A stretch of 32,000 nt of DNA from Dickeya solani IPO 2222 (GTDB lineage Bacteria > Pseudomonadota > Gammaproteobacteria > Enterobacterales > Enterobacteriaceae): the NCBI RefSeq assembly GCF_001644705.1, contig NZ_CP015137.1, positions 1,800,001 to 1,832,000 on the forward strand. Direction: 5' to 3'. Within the stretch, counting starts at the first letter, position 1; every line of letters starts with the position of its first letter. Below are positions 8,481 through 16,660 of the stretch, piece by piece. The notes below the pieces were generated by a model. It searched no databases, was not told the DNA's origin, and saw only the letters and a list, made by a program, of their open reading frames with translations. The translations under genes were made by a program, and so were the position numbers.

Positions 8481-8516
8481 CCATGCAAAGTAGAACCACT
8501 ATGCAAAGTAGAACCA
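8481..8516. repeat. 18-bp tandem duplication spanning the stop codon of the SnoaL-like gene
   Basis: ccatgcaaagtagaacca (8481-8498) and ctatgcaaagtagaacca (8499-8516) are 17/18 identical. On the coding strand this reads TGGTTCTACTTTGCATAG then TGGTTCTACTTTGCATGG then TAG. Confidence 0.9.
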
Positions 8517-8834
8517 TGCCGTCGTAATCAACCCGTCTTTCACTTCAAACACGGCGATACTTTCGATCGGCTCAGGGCTGAGGCCGTAAATCTTTTCATG
8601 ATCAAAAACCTGGTTGCCCAGTACCGTACGGGACACCAGTTCGGCACGCAGTGCCGGATTACTGAAACGGTGATCGCGATAAAACGCCGTCAACGCGGCT
8701 TTACCCACTATGGACGGGCTTTCCGATGGCATGCGATAAGCCCGGAAGTTCTCATGAAAACAGGCGGAAAAAGCCGCCAAATCATGGGTGTTATAAGCAG
8801 CAAACTGTTTTTCTACCGGCGCGATAATCGACAT
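8499..8834 (-). CDS. SnoaL-like / NTF2-fold family protein of unknown function
   Basis: The protein is about 111 aa with alpha+beta cone-type sequence features (FAAYNTHDLAAFSACFHENF ... VFEVKDGLITTAWFYFA). I prefer the ATG at 8834 (MSIIAP) because GGAGA lies 7 nt upstream; the ORF-track start at 8846 would lie inside that Shine-Dalgarno sequence. Confidence 0.65.
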   Translation of the reverse strand: MSIIAPVEKQFAAYNTHDLAAFSACFHENFRAYRMPSESPSIVGKAALTAFYRDHRFSNPALRAELVSRTVLGNQVFDHEKIYGLSPEPIESIAVFEVKDGLITTAWFYFA

Positions 8835-8838
8835 CTCA

Positions 8839-8887
8839 ATCTCCATTTAAATGCAATTTAAGTGAATAAAAATTTAAATAAGGAGAT
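8839..8887 (-). promoter_or_regulatory. AT-rich stem-loop that pairs the SnoaL-like gene's Shine-Dalgarno sequence with an upstream anti-SD
   Basis: The mRNA reads ATCTCC-TT-ATTTAAAT, a 19-nt loop, then ATTTAAAT-GGAGAT. This gives 14 paired bases with a 2-nt bulge. The 3' arm contains the GGAG used as SD for the ATG at 8834. A second ATCTCC copy lies 9 nt further upstream. Confidence 0.4.
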
Positions 8888-8912
8888 ACACCAATCGGAG
8901 ATGAAAAGCAAA

Positions 8913-9986
8913 TCAGGCGCTGTACTGCGTCGCAAGCACCGCGTGCCGAATTGTCTCTGGTGTGAGCGAAAATGGCAGCAAAGCGGCACTAGTCTCTGGA
9001 AATTTAAATGTTTCAGACAGTGTTTCTGCCAGTTCGACATAACGCGCCTCCGACGCCGGTAAACGTGCGGGAGCATCATAACGCTGTAAGTGTACCAGCA
9101 AATCGGGATCAACCGAGCCGTCGCCACGCGCCAACAGCGACTGTACCCGTAATCCGTATCCTACTTTCTCGCCGTGTAGCCAGTCATGCAATTCAGGAAG
9201 GTGTGTCATTCGATTATGAATCGCGTGGGCCACGCCAGGCGAAGGTGAATCATCACGCATACTGTTAGCCAGTCCTGCCAAGGCAATATTGGCATCGATC
9301 ACCTTTTGCAATGCCCGAGTGACCCGCTGTTCTGCATTGTCATGCAAAGCCTGTTCGCCCCATTGTACAAAGGTGTCTTTCGCGAGCGCCGCCGCCTGTA
9401 TTTTGAGGTTCAGCGCCAGATTATCGCTGTTTTTCGCCAGATAGGGTTGAAACTCATACCATTTGGCAAGGGCATCGATGATCCCTGCCTTCAGATAGCG
9501 CACATCGCTACGGGCAATCACATCGCTGTCCACCAGCACCATCTCGGGCATGCGCTGTAATACCTGCGTTCCCTGATGCCCGCCCTGCTCATCATACAAA
9601 ATACTGATAGGAGACCAGGCAGCACAGGTGGCAGCAATCGTCGGCAAAGTCACGACCTGGCCGTTGTCCAACCCGTCGGCAACCGCTTTGGCGCAGTCCA
9701 TCACTCGGCCACCGCCGACACCCAGCACAAAATGAACACCATCTTGGGCAATTTCATGCCGATGGTATGCGATAGCATCGCGCGTGCATTCACCTTCCAA
9801 CAGATGCACATCAAACTGTACGTCAGCTTTCGTCAAACTCTCGGACAGCCTACTTTGCACCGCATCCCAGGCTCGCGGGCTGGTTAATACCGCGATACGC
9901 CCCGAAAACGGTGCAATGAGCTCACCGACGCGTGACAGCAAGCCTGACTGATGGTGATAGACCCCGGGGGATTTTATGGCAAACAC
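8913..9986 (-). CDS. Iron-containing alcohol dehydrogenase / glycerol-dehydrogenase-like family oxidoreductase (YbdH-like)
   Basis: The 357 aa protein has a GGGRVMDCAK glycine-rich nucleotide loop and a histidine cluster (HAIHNRMTH...H..LHGEKVGYG) typical of group III ADH/GldA-like enzymes. Confidence 0.75.
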   Translation of the reverse strand: MFAIKSPGVYHHQSGLLSRVGELIAPFSGRIAVLTSPRAWDAVQSRLSESLTKADVQFDVHLLEGECTRDAIAYHRHEIAQDGVHFVLGVGGGRVMDCAKAVADGLDNGQVVTLPTIAATCAAWSPISILYDEQGGHQGTQVLQRMPEMVLVDSDVIARSDVRYLKAGIIDALAKWYEFQPYLAKNSDNLALNLKIQAAALAKDTFVQWGEQALHDNAEQRVTRALQKVIDANIALAGLANSMRDDSPSPGVAHAIHNRMTHLPELHDWLHGEKVGYGLRVQSLLARGDGSVDPDLLVHLQRYDAPARLPASEARYVELAETLSETFKFPETSAALLPFSLTPETIRHAVLATQYSA

Positions 9987-10283
9987 GGCAATTCCTTGAT
10001 GTCTCTATGCTGCACCAACCCATACGCACAGCCTACAGAACAAAATAGTAAAATCCTGTCTGCACGTTGTAACCACTCAAATAATGATAAGATATAACAT
10101 GATGATATAAATTCTCCTTTATTTTGAATGATATAGTTTTTTCCACAAACAACGTTCCATCACCGCCTTCACGCATCCCACGGTTTTTCCTGCTATTACC
10201 CCCAGAGTTGATGAGTACGTTGCTACATATACCGCTATAAAACCCGACCATATTTAAACCAGGAATGTTCATACAGGAACCCC

Positions 10284-11096
10284 ATGATGAAAACCCGATT
10301 GACTCGCTACCTCAGCGCTGCACTATTCCCTCTCCTTGCCGCCGTGATGTTGAACGGCTGTGATAACAACAAGAGTGCGGAAACACAGGGTAAAGTGCTA
10401 CGCATGGGTACTACGGGCCAAAGTTTCCCGGGCTCTTATAAAGAGAACGGCACGTTAGTAGGTTATGATGTGGAAGTGGCAGAAACCATCGCCCACAAAC
10501 TGGGTTACCAGATAGCCTGGACCACCGCTGACTTCAGCGGACTGATGGGTCAACTGGAAGCAGGAAAATTGGATACTGTCGCCAATAATTTTGTGAAAAC
10601 AACCGAGCGTCAGAAAAAATACAACTTCACCAACAGTTATCTCAACTACGCATCGCAAATCGTCACCAGCATTAACAACAAAGACATTCAATCTCTGGAT
10701 GATCTTAACGGTAAAACGGTGTCTGGAGTGCTGGGTTCTACTCATGTAACCAATCTGCGCAACGCTTTCCCCAATAATGACGTCACCATTCGCACCTATG
10801 AAACCCGCGATGGTGCCATGAATGATGTTATCAATAACCGTGTTCAGGGCTATGTCAACTCGCGCCCCATCCTGCTGGCAGAAATTAACAAACGTCACTT
10901 GCCGCTAAAACTGGTCGGTAACCCCATCTCCAACGAGCAAGTCGCCTTCCCGTTTGCCAAGACACCGGAAGGCAAAAAATTACTGGCGGAGTTTAACCAA
11001 CAGCTACAGGAACTGCGTCAGAATGGTCAGCTAAAAGCACTGGCAGAGAAATATTTCGGTAGCGATATGGTGCTTGAAAGCAGTAAAGCGGAATAA
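10284..11096 (+). CDS. Orphan amino acid ABC transporter substrate-binding lipoprotein, paralog of 5529-6308
   Basis: 270 aa with a signal peptide and lipobox (MLNGC). By eye it is roughly 55-65% identical to the SBP at 5529-6308 (for example TADFSGLMGQLEA.KLDT.AN, VTIRTYETRDGAM, GY.NSRPILLAEINKR.LP.KLVG). No permease or ATPase gene is adjacent. AGGA lies 5 nt upstream of the ATG. Confidence 0.9.
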   Translation: MMKTRLTRYLSAALFPLLAAVMLNGCDNNKSAETQGKVLRMGTTGQSFPGSYKENGTLVGYDVEVAETIAHKLGYQIAWTTADFSGLMGQLEAGKLDTVANNFVKTTERQKKYNFTNSYLNYASQIVTSINNKDIQSLDDLNGKTVSGVLGSTHVTNLRNAFPNNDVTIRTYETRDGAMNDVINNRVQGYVNSRPILLAEINKRHLPLKLVGNPISNEQVAFPFAKTPEGKKLLAEFNQQLQELRQNGQLKALAEKYFGSDMVLESSKAE

Positions 11097-11153
11097 GTAA
11101 CTTGTCGCCTCAACCACGACGTTTTTTTACAGCATTTTTTGTGCGAAAAACAT

Positions 11154-11182
11154 AAAAAAACGGCAGTCCGGATGGACTGCCG
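11154..11182 (-). terminator. Rho-independent terminator of the tRNA operon (possibly bidirectional, also serving the SBP gene)
   Basis: The minus strand reads CGGCAGTCC-ATCC-GGACTGCCG followed by TTTTTTT, 17 nt after the tRNA-Pro 3' end. On the plus strand the same stem is followed by cttctt. Confidence 0.8.
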
Positions 11183-11198
11183 CTTCTTAAGAATAGGA

Positions 11199-11275
11199 TG
11201 GTCGGCGAGAGAGGATTCGAACCTCCGACCCACTGGTCCCAAACCAGTTGCGCTACCAAGCTGCGCTACTCGCCG
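11199..11275 (-). tRNA. proM: tRNA-Pro (anticodon UGG)
   Basis: The reverse complement CGGCGAGTAGCGCAGCTTGGTAGCGCAACTGGTTTGGGACCAGTGGGTCGGAGGTTCGAATCCTCTCTCGCCGACCA folds as a cloverleaf. The anticodon loop is TTTGGGA and CCA is encoded. Confidence 0.97.
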
Positions 11276-11312
11276 ATCATGAACAACACGTACACAACTA
11301 CCATTGTTTGTG

Positions 11313-11398
11313 TGGTGCGAAGAGAGGGACTTGAACCCTCACGTCCGAAGGACACTAACACCTGAAGCTAGCGCGTCTACCAATTCCGCCACCTTCGC
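11313..11398 (-). tRNA. leuT: tRNA-Leu (anticodon CAG)
   Basis: The reverse complement is GCGAAGGTGGCGGAATTGGTAGACGCGCTAGCTTCAGGTGTTAG...GGTTCAAGTCCCTCTCTTCGCACCA. It has a long variable arm and anticodon CAG. Confidence 0.97.
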
Positions 11399-11418
11399 CT
11401 GTCACAAACTTTAAAATT

Positions 11419-11495
11419 TGGGGTGGCTAATGGGACTCGAACCCACGACAACTGGAATCACAATCCAGGGCTCTACCAACTGAGCTATAGCCACC
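11419..11495 (-). tRNA. hisR: tRNA-His (anticodon GUG, with encoded G-1)
   Basis: The reverse complement GGTGGCTATAGCTCAGTTGGTAGAGCCCTGGATTGTGATTCCAGTTGTCGTGGGTTCGAGTCCCATTAGCCACCCCA is near-identical to remembered E. coli hisR. Confidence 0.97.
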
Positions 11496-11576
11496 ATATA
11501 CCACTGCTTTACTACGTATTCTAGTACTCAATTTACGGGGTAATAACTACCTCCGCAGCTCCCGCACTCAATTCAA

Positions 11577-11653
<77 letters not shown>

Positions 11654-11674
11654 ATAGCGCCGTTGCGGGTGGGG

Positions 11675-11703
11675 ATAGTACGGATTTAATATGGGCCTGT
11701 CCA
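11675..11703 (-). promoter_or_regulatory. Probable sigma70 promoter of the argX-hisR-leuT-proM operon
   Basis: The minus strand has TGGACA (-35), a 17-nt spacer and TACTAT (-10), then a GC-rich discriminator CCCCACCCGC. An A-tract (GAAAAAGC) lies upstream. The -10 element is about 20 nt before the tRNA-Arg 5' end. Confidence 0.5.
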
Positions 11704-11799
11704 GTGCTTTTTCACAGAAATGATGCGTTTGCTTATGCTTTGCTCATTTGCGGTCAAAACCCGGTTCAATCCACCGTCACCACCCGCCGTTAGCCGCGA

Positions 11800-13194
11800 T
11801 TACTCGGCTTCCGTTTGCATTTCCGGCTGTTTTTTACCTAGTCCCAGCACAACGTAAAACAGGCTGACCGCGGCCAGGAAAATACCGCCGACCACCAGCG
11901 ACATGCGCGTGTCTTCATTGATGTACATCCCGACCAGCACACAGAGCAGAAACGCCATCGTCAGGTAGTTCACCCACGGGAACAGGATGGATTTGAATGG
12001 ATGCCCAGCGAGCGCCGCCTGATGCTGCTGACGGAAACGCAGCTGGCTTATCAGCACCACAAACCAGGGAATCATACCCGGCAGTACGCTGGCGCTGTAC
12101 ACGTACACGAACACTTTTTCCGGATTAGGGATCATGTAATTCAGCGCCGAACCGGCCACCAGACACAGGATGGACACCATTACCCCAATAGCCGGTACGC
12201 CGCCCGCCGTCACCCGGCCCAGCGCCGCCGGCAACTGGCGATTGTTAGCCAGCGAATAGAGCATACGCCCGCAGCTGTACATGCCGCTGTTGCAACCAGA
12301 CAGCGCCGCCGTCAGCACCACGAAGTTGATGATGCCCGCCGCGGCGGTGATACCGATTTTGGCGAAGGTCAGCACGAACGGGCTGCCGGTCGTACCGATC
12401 TCATTCCACGGGAAAATGGTCACAATCACGAAAATGGCGCCGACATAGAAAATCAGGATACGCCACAGAATATTGTTGATCGCCCGCTTCAGCGTCACCT
12501 GCGGGTTGCGGGCTTCACCAGCGGTAATACCGACCAGTTCTACCCCTTGATAAGAGGCCACCACCAGACAGAGCGCAAACAGCAGCCCTTTCCAGCCGCC
12601 CGCCAGGAAACCGCCATGTTCGGTCAGGTTAACAAAACCGGTGGCTTGGCCGTGGTTGCCGATGCCGAAGAAAATGATGCCGACGCCCACCACAATCATC
12701 ACCACAATGGTGGTGATCTTGATCATCGAGAACCAGAACTCGATTTCACCATACAGCCGTACCGCCGCCAGATTGGCCCCTGCCACCAGCGCCACGGCGC
12801 CGATCGCCGGTATCCATTGCGGCAACGTCGGGAACCAGTACTGCACATACACGCCGATGGCGGTAATTTCCGAAATGCCGACCGCCATCCACATGAACCA
12901 GTAGCCCCAGGCCGTGAGATAACCGAAGAACGGACTCAGGTAATTGTGGGCGTAAACCGCGAACGAACCGGTCACCGGCTCCAAAAACAGCATTTCCCCC
13001 ATCGACCGCATGATGAAGAACACAAAAATGCCTGCCACGATATAAGCCAGCAGCACGGACGGCCCAGCCCATTTCAGGGCGCTGGCCGCCCCCATGAACA
13101 AGCCCACGCCGATGGTGCCGCCCAGCGCGATAAGCTCGATATGTCGCGCTTCCAGCCCACGGTGGAGCTTGTCCTGTTTTTCTGTATTTGCCAT
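11800..13194 (-). CDS. yifK: APC-family amino acid permease YifK
   Basis: The 464 aa N-terminal region is almost identical to remembered E. coli YifK ([69 protein letters not shown]). Its position between wecG and the tRNA operon is conserved. Confidence 0.93.
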   Translation of the reverse strand: MANTEKQDKLHRGLEARHIELIALGGTIGVGLFMGAASALKWAGPSVLLAYIVAGIFVFFIMRSMGEMLFLEPVTGSFAVYAHNYLSPFFGYLTAWGYWFMWMAVGISEITAIGVYVQYWFPTLPQWIPAIGAVALVAGANLAAVRLYGEIEFWFSMIKITTIVVMIVVGVGIIFFGIGNHGQATGFVNLTEHGGFLAGGWKGLLFALCLVVASYQGVELVGITAGEARNPQVTLKRAINNILWRILIFYVGAIFVIVTIFPWNEIGTTGSPFVLTFAKIGITAAAGIINFVVLTAALSGCNSGMYSCGRMLYSLANNRQLPAALGRVTAGGVPAIGVMVSILCLVAGSALNYMIPNPEKVFVYVYSASVLPGMIPWFVVLISQLRFRQQHQAALAGHPFKSILFPWVNYLTMAFLLCVLVGMYINEDTRMSLVVGGIFLAAVSLFYVVLGLGKKQPEMQTEAE

Positions 13195-13507
13195 ATACCC
13201 TCTGTCTTTAATGGTTCCTTTTTACGCCGGCATCAAAAGCGTTATTGTTTTATACCCGCCATGTTTCACACGGGTATACCGGCTCTCTCCCGGCAAAGCA
13301 TTAGCGCTCCCCGACCGGAAAAACGGCCGAGAAGATACCGCAATGCAAACCGGATTCCTACCCTTCCTGTACCCGGACATGATGAAATGAACCGCGCAGA
13401 CAGACCTTGATCACAACGATAAAGCGGTAAAAAAAGTGGTACGACGAGCAGCAAGCGCAGAGCCTGGCCGCCGTCGCCATGCGAGTTAACGCCGTAGTGA
13501 AACGCGC

Positions 13508-14245
13508 CTAGAGTTTGCCGCCGAAATGCCAGGCCAGATAGCGCAACAGTTTGAACTGGCGGCGAAAACGGCTGGGCTGCGTCAGCAGGCGGTACAACCA
13601 CTCCACCCCGTAGCGCCGCCACACCGGCGGCGCGCGTTTGACCTGCCCGGTAAATACATCGTAAGTGCCGCCCACACCCATGTAGAGCGCGGCGGGATAC
13701 AGCCGACGACAATCGCGCATCAACAATTCCTGCCGCGGCGACCCCAGCGCCACCGTCACCAGTTGCGCGCCGCTGTCGCGCACGCGTTCTAATACCGCCT
13801 GACGCTGCTCCGGTGTGAAATAACCGTCCTGCGTTCCCACAATGTTGACCTGCCACTGCTCACGCAGCTTGCGTTCGGTCTCCGCCAGCACCGACGGTTT
13901 ACCACCGAGCAGAAATACCGGCGTTCCCAACTGCCCGGCGCGCTGCATCAGCGCCTCCCACAGATCGGCGCCGGCGATACGCTGCACCTGAGCGCCCGGA
14001 TATTTGCGGCGAATGGAACACACCACGCTGATGCCGTCGGCATAGTTGCAGTTACCCTCCTGCAGCATCAGTTCACGCAGCGTCGCATCACGGTCGGCGG
14101 CCATCACTTTTTCAGCATTAATGGCAATCAGCGTTCCCGGATGCGGCGAGCCGCCCGCAAACAGCGTCGACACACACTGCTCCCTATCCCGAAAACCCTG
14201 CACCGGGATGCCGCGAATGTGGTACTGCGGCCGTGCATCATTCAT
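13508..14245 (-). CDS. wecG: UDP-N-acetyl-D-mannosaminuronic acid transferase (ECA lipid II synthesis)
   Basis: The 245 aa protein is collinear with remembered E. coli WecG/RffM ([62 protein letters not shown]). Its ATG overlaps the wzyE stop (ATGA). Confidence 0.93.
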   Translation of the reverse strand: MNDARPQYHIRGIPVQGFRDREQCVSTLFAGGSPHPGTLIAINAEKVMAADRDATLRELMLQEGNCNYADGISVVCSIRRKYPGAQVQRIAGADLWEALMQRAGQLGTPVFLLGGKPSVLAETERKLREQWQVNIVGTQDGYFTPEQRQAVLERVRDSGAQLVTVALGSPRQELLMRDCRRLYPAALYMGVGGTYDVFTGQVKRAPPVWRRYGVEWLYRLLTQPSRFRRQFKLLRYLAWHFGGKL

Positions 14246-15582
14246 TCCTTTTCTCCTTGAGATGGCGCGCGGACGGCAACCGCGCCGGCGCGCAACAGCA
14301 GCCAGTACAGCAGTTTGGCCGCCAGCAGGCAGGCGGCGAAAACCAGACAGAAAAACACCACCCGTGAGACAAATGCATCCAGCCCTTCACGCACCAGCAC
14401 GATCAGATTAAAGACCGCACCAAAGCAGAACGCCTGCAACACGGCGGACAGATAACGGTTTTCCGCCTGTCGCCCGTAGCGGTAAAGGCCATCAAACCCC
14501 TTGATGAGCAACCCGACCGCGACCGCGCCAACCGGAATCAGCAGCGGTCCGCCCATGATCAGCAACGAACCGAGCAAGGTCGGCGATATCGCCAGCCCGG
14601 CATGATAATTCAGCACTTCCCAGGTGAAATAGTTGGCGCTGTTAAGCACCAGCGCCGGTCGCTCCGGCCACAGCCAGGCGGGAATAAAGACATAGAAATC
14701 CCGTACGATGGGCGCCAACCCCTGTAGCGTGATCTGGTCGAGATGTTGCCATAGCATGGCCAGATTTTCCCACGGCGAAAAGGTATCCCGCGTCAGATAC
14801 AAAAAGGTGTAGAACGCCTCTTCGCCCTGTACGTCCAGACCGTAGCGCTTGAGCGCCAGCCAGAACATCGCCACGATACCGCCGCCGCCCGCCGCCGCCA
14901 GCATCCACCAGGCAATCCAGCCGCGTTGCAGGCCGATAAACAGAAACAGGGCGAAAGCGATGATGATATTGGCGCGGGTGCCGCCCACCAACAGGTAGGT
15001 CAACCCGCCGAACGCGACGGTCGTCAGTAAGAAAATCAGCCAGGCGCGCCGGGTCTGGTGCAGGAAATACCACATCAGCATGGCGGGAATAAAGAAGTAG
15101 AAGAAGCGCTTCAGGGCGACGCCGGCGACGTCACGAGAGAAAATCTGACTATAGGAACTGAGTTTGAACAGCAACAGGCCATTGTTGGCAAAGAACACCG
15201 CAGCGGTCACCAACGCCACCAGCGCCAGCAACCCAGCGGTGAGAAGCGTTTCCAGCCTCGTCATGGTCAACGGCAACGGGCGCGATACCGGCGGCGCGGA
15301 CCGCAGCCGGGTTTTATAACTGACATAATAAATGACGTAAAACGCCGTGGCGGACAGCAGCGCCAGCAGCAGGTTCAGCGGCGAGGCCGTCTCCACCCCG
15401 AAGCGAAATGTCAGTAAGGCGGTCAACGGAAAGCCGAAATAGAACGTCAGCAGATACAACAAGGAAAACAGCACATTGAAGTTGAAACGCCAGCGGCGGA
15501 ATTCACGCCCGCTCAACCACAGCACCACGCCGCCACCGCCCAGCCAAACCAGCCACAACCCGAAAAACGCCCACTCAGTCAT
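14242..15582 (-). CDS. wzyE: ECA polysaccharide polymerase
   Basis: The protein is collinear with remembered E. coli WzyE (FRR.RFNFNV.FSLL.LLTF.FGFPLT; [14 protein letters not shown]; [17 protein letters not shown]; [18 protein letters not shown]). I chose the ATG at 15582 ([10 protein letters not shown]), which gives 446 aa against 450 in E. coli and overlaps the wecF stop. The 37-codon upstream extension in the ORF track is rejected. Confidence 0.9.
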   Translation of the reverse strand: MTEWAFFGLWLVWLGGGGVVLWLSGREFRRWRFNFNVLFSLLYLLTFYFGFPLTALLTFRFGVETASPLNLLLALLSATAFYVIYYVSYKTRLRSAPPVSRPLPLTMTRLETLLTAGLLALVALVTAAVFFANNGLLLFKLSSYSQIFSRDVAGVALKRFFYFFIPAMLMWYFLHQTRRAWLIFLLTTVAFGGLTYLLVGGTRANIIIAFALFLFIGLQRGWIAWWMLAAAGGGGIVAMFWLALKRYGLDVQGEEAFYTFLYLTRDTFSPWENLAMLWQHLDQITLQGLAPIVRDFYVFIPAWLWPERPALVLNSANYFTWEVLNYHAGLAISPTLLGSLLIMGGPLLIPVGAVAVGLLIKGFDGLYRYGRQAENRYLSAVLQAFCFGAVFNLIVLVREGLDAFVSRVVFFCLVFAACLLAAKLLYWLLLRAGAVAVRAPSQGEKE

Positions 15583-16660
15583 CGCCGTCTCCCGCCGCCA
15601 GTGACAACGCCTGCCGCCACCCTTGTTCATAGCCGGGGCTGAAGAACGCAATCTGCCGGGTATCGATGTGCGCCAGTTGCTCGCGTGCGTCACGCACCAT
15701 CGCCTGGTTCAACGTCTCCTCGCCGAGCAGCACCGGCAGGCGCTGTTGCGCCAAATCCTGCCGAAACGGGTTATGGCGGCTGATAACGAACGGGACACCC
15801 AGTTGGATCAACAAACACAGGGTGCCAATCCCCTGCTGACGATGAAACAGGAAGTAACCGAGATCGCAGGTACGCAACAACGCCAGATAGTCATCGAACG
15901 CCAATGATTCGCGCAGGACCCGGCAGCGGTCAGCGCCGAACAACGCCAGTCCGTGCTGCGCCACCTGCTCAATGTAGGCATGGTTGCCAGCCGGGTACCC
16001 CATCGGCACGATCACCCGCGCCTGCACGCCAAACTGACGATGAATGGCGTCAAGCGCCGCCAGATGGCGGTTACTGCGATCGCCGGAGTTGCCGACCAGA
16101 ATGGTCAGCGGCGCGTCCGGCGCTTTTTCATGTGGACTCGCCGCGTGCGGGCTCATGCGGGTGGGGAAATAGAGCAGCGACATCGCCGCAGCCGGATAAC
16201 GCCGCCGGAAATAGTCGATATCGCCGCCGGTGGCGAACACCCAGGCGACCCGCCGCTGCGCCAGTCGTCGCAGACGGTAAAACCAGCGGTAGCGCCAGCC
16301 GCGGGCTTCCTCATACAGGTCCGCGCCCCAGATATGCCAGTAAGCCTGCGTCGTGCGGATACCGCCGCACAGCAACGCCAGCCACAGCCAGGGGTTAAAC
16401 TGGCCGTGAAAAAAGAAACGGACCGACCGATCTTCACGCGCCTGCGCCACCACGACACGCGCCAGTGCTTTCTGGTCAGCGAAACGCGCTATCTGCAACG
16501 CCGGATAGGCATGCCCGGAGAGTTCAGCCGCCGAGACGACCATAAACCGCCGTACCTGATGCGACGGCAGCGACGGCGCCAGCGTATCATTAAAGAAACG
16601 CAGCACCGTCTGGTTATGGTGGGGAATATCCGCCCCCAGAACGTGAATAAGTGTGGTCAT
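15575..16660 (-). CDS. wecF: TDP-N-acetylfucosamine:lipid II N-acetylfucosaminyltransferase
   Basis: The protein matches remembered E. coli WecF from [22 protein letters not shown] through [15 protein letters not shown]. The ATG at 16660 overlaps the wzxE stop (ATGA). The 12-codon extension in the ORF track is rejected. Confidence 0.92.
   Translation of the reverse strand: MTTLIHVLGADIPHHNQTVLRFFNDTLAPSLPSHQVRRFMVVSAAELSGHAYPALQIARFADQKALARVVVAQAREDRSVRFFFHGQFNPWLWLALLCGGIRTTQAYWHIWGADLYEEARGWRYRWFYRLRRLAQRRVAWVFATGGDIDYFRRRYPAAAMSLLYFPTRMSPHAASPHEKAPDAPLTILVGNSGDRSNRHLAALDAIHRQFGVQARVIVPMGYPAGNHAYIEQVAQHGLALFGADRCRVLRESLAFDDYLALLRTCDLGYFLFHRQQGIGTLCLLIQLGVPFVISRHNPFRQDLAQQRLPVLLGEETLNQAMVRDAREQLAHIDTRQIAFFSPGYEQGWRQALSLAAGDGDD

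Noticed and set aside
10033-10272. A 79-aa ORF on the minus strand in the divergent spacer between the ADH-like gene and the orphan SBP.
   Set aside because: It lies entirely in AT-rich promoter-like DNA. It has no Shine-Dalgarno sequence that I can see, an odd composition (Asn/Tyr/Gly runs) and no family resemblance. It is most likely a chance ORF.
11100-11275. Possibility that the accessory block is an integrative island inserted at tRNA-Pro.
   Set aside because: There is no integrase, excisionase or transposase ORF anywhere in 2.7-11.2 kb. I could not find a direct repeat of the proM 3' end (tggtcggcgagagaggattcgaacc or its complement) in the block. I kept only the weaker 'variable locus' statement.
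12001-13410. Very long ORFs antisense to well-supported genes. Examples: 12001-13410 (+, 469 aa) opposite yifK; 24806-25930 (+) opposite rho; 5511-6278 (+) opposite the SBP; 7281-8150 (+) opposite the lyase; 22670-23386 and 23185-24159 (+) opposite wzzE and wecA; 15953-16708 (+) opposite wecF.
   Set aside because: The opposite strand encodes proteins with near full-length matches to known families. The antisense translations are Arg/His/Gln/Pro-rich and low-complexity, typical of shadow frames in high-GC, codon-biased DNA. None has a recognisable motif or a Shine-Dalgarno-supported start.
13195-13507. A terminator for the wec operon or an attenuator in the 313-bp wecG-yifK spacer. It includes the hairpin tatacccg-N12-cgggtata at about 13254-13281 and a T7 run on the minus strand near 13430.
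   Set aside because: The T-run is not preceded by a convincing stem, and the 8-bp hairpin is not followed by a U-tract. Either could matter for yifK leader regulation (GcvB/Lrp control is known in other enterics), but the sequence alone does not support a call.
15583-15693. N-terminal extensions of wzyE (37 codons, to 15693) and of wecF (12 codons, 16661-16696) in the ORF track.
   Set aside because: Alignment with remembered E. coli WzyE and WecF starts at the internal ATGs (15582 and 16660). Both internal ATGs give the ATGA-type overlaps with the upstream stop that are typical of this operon.
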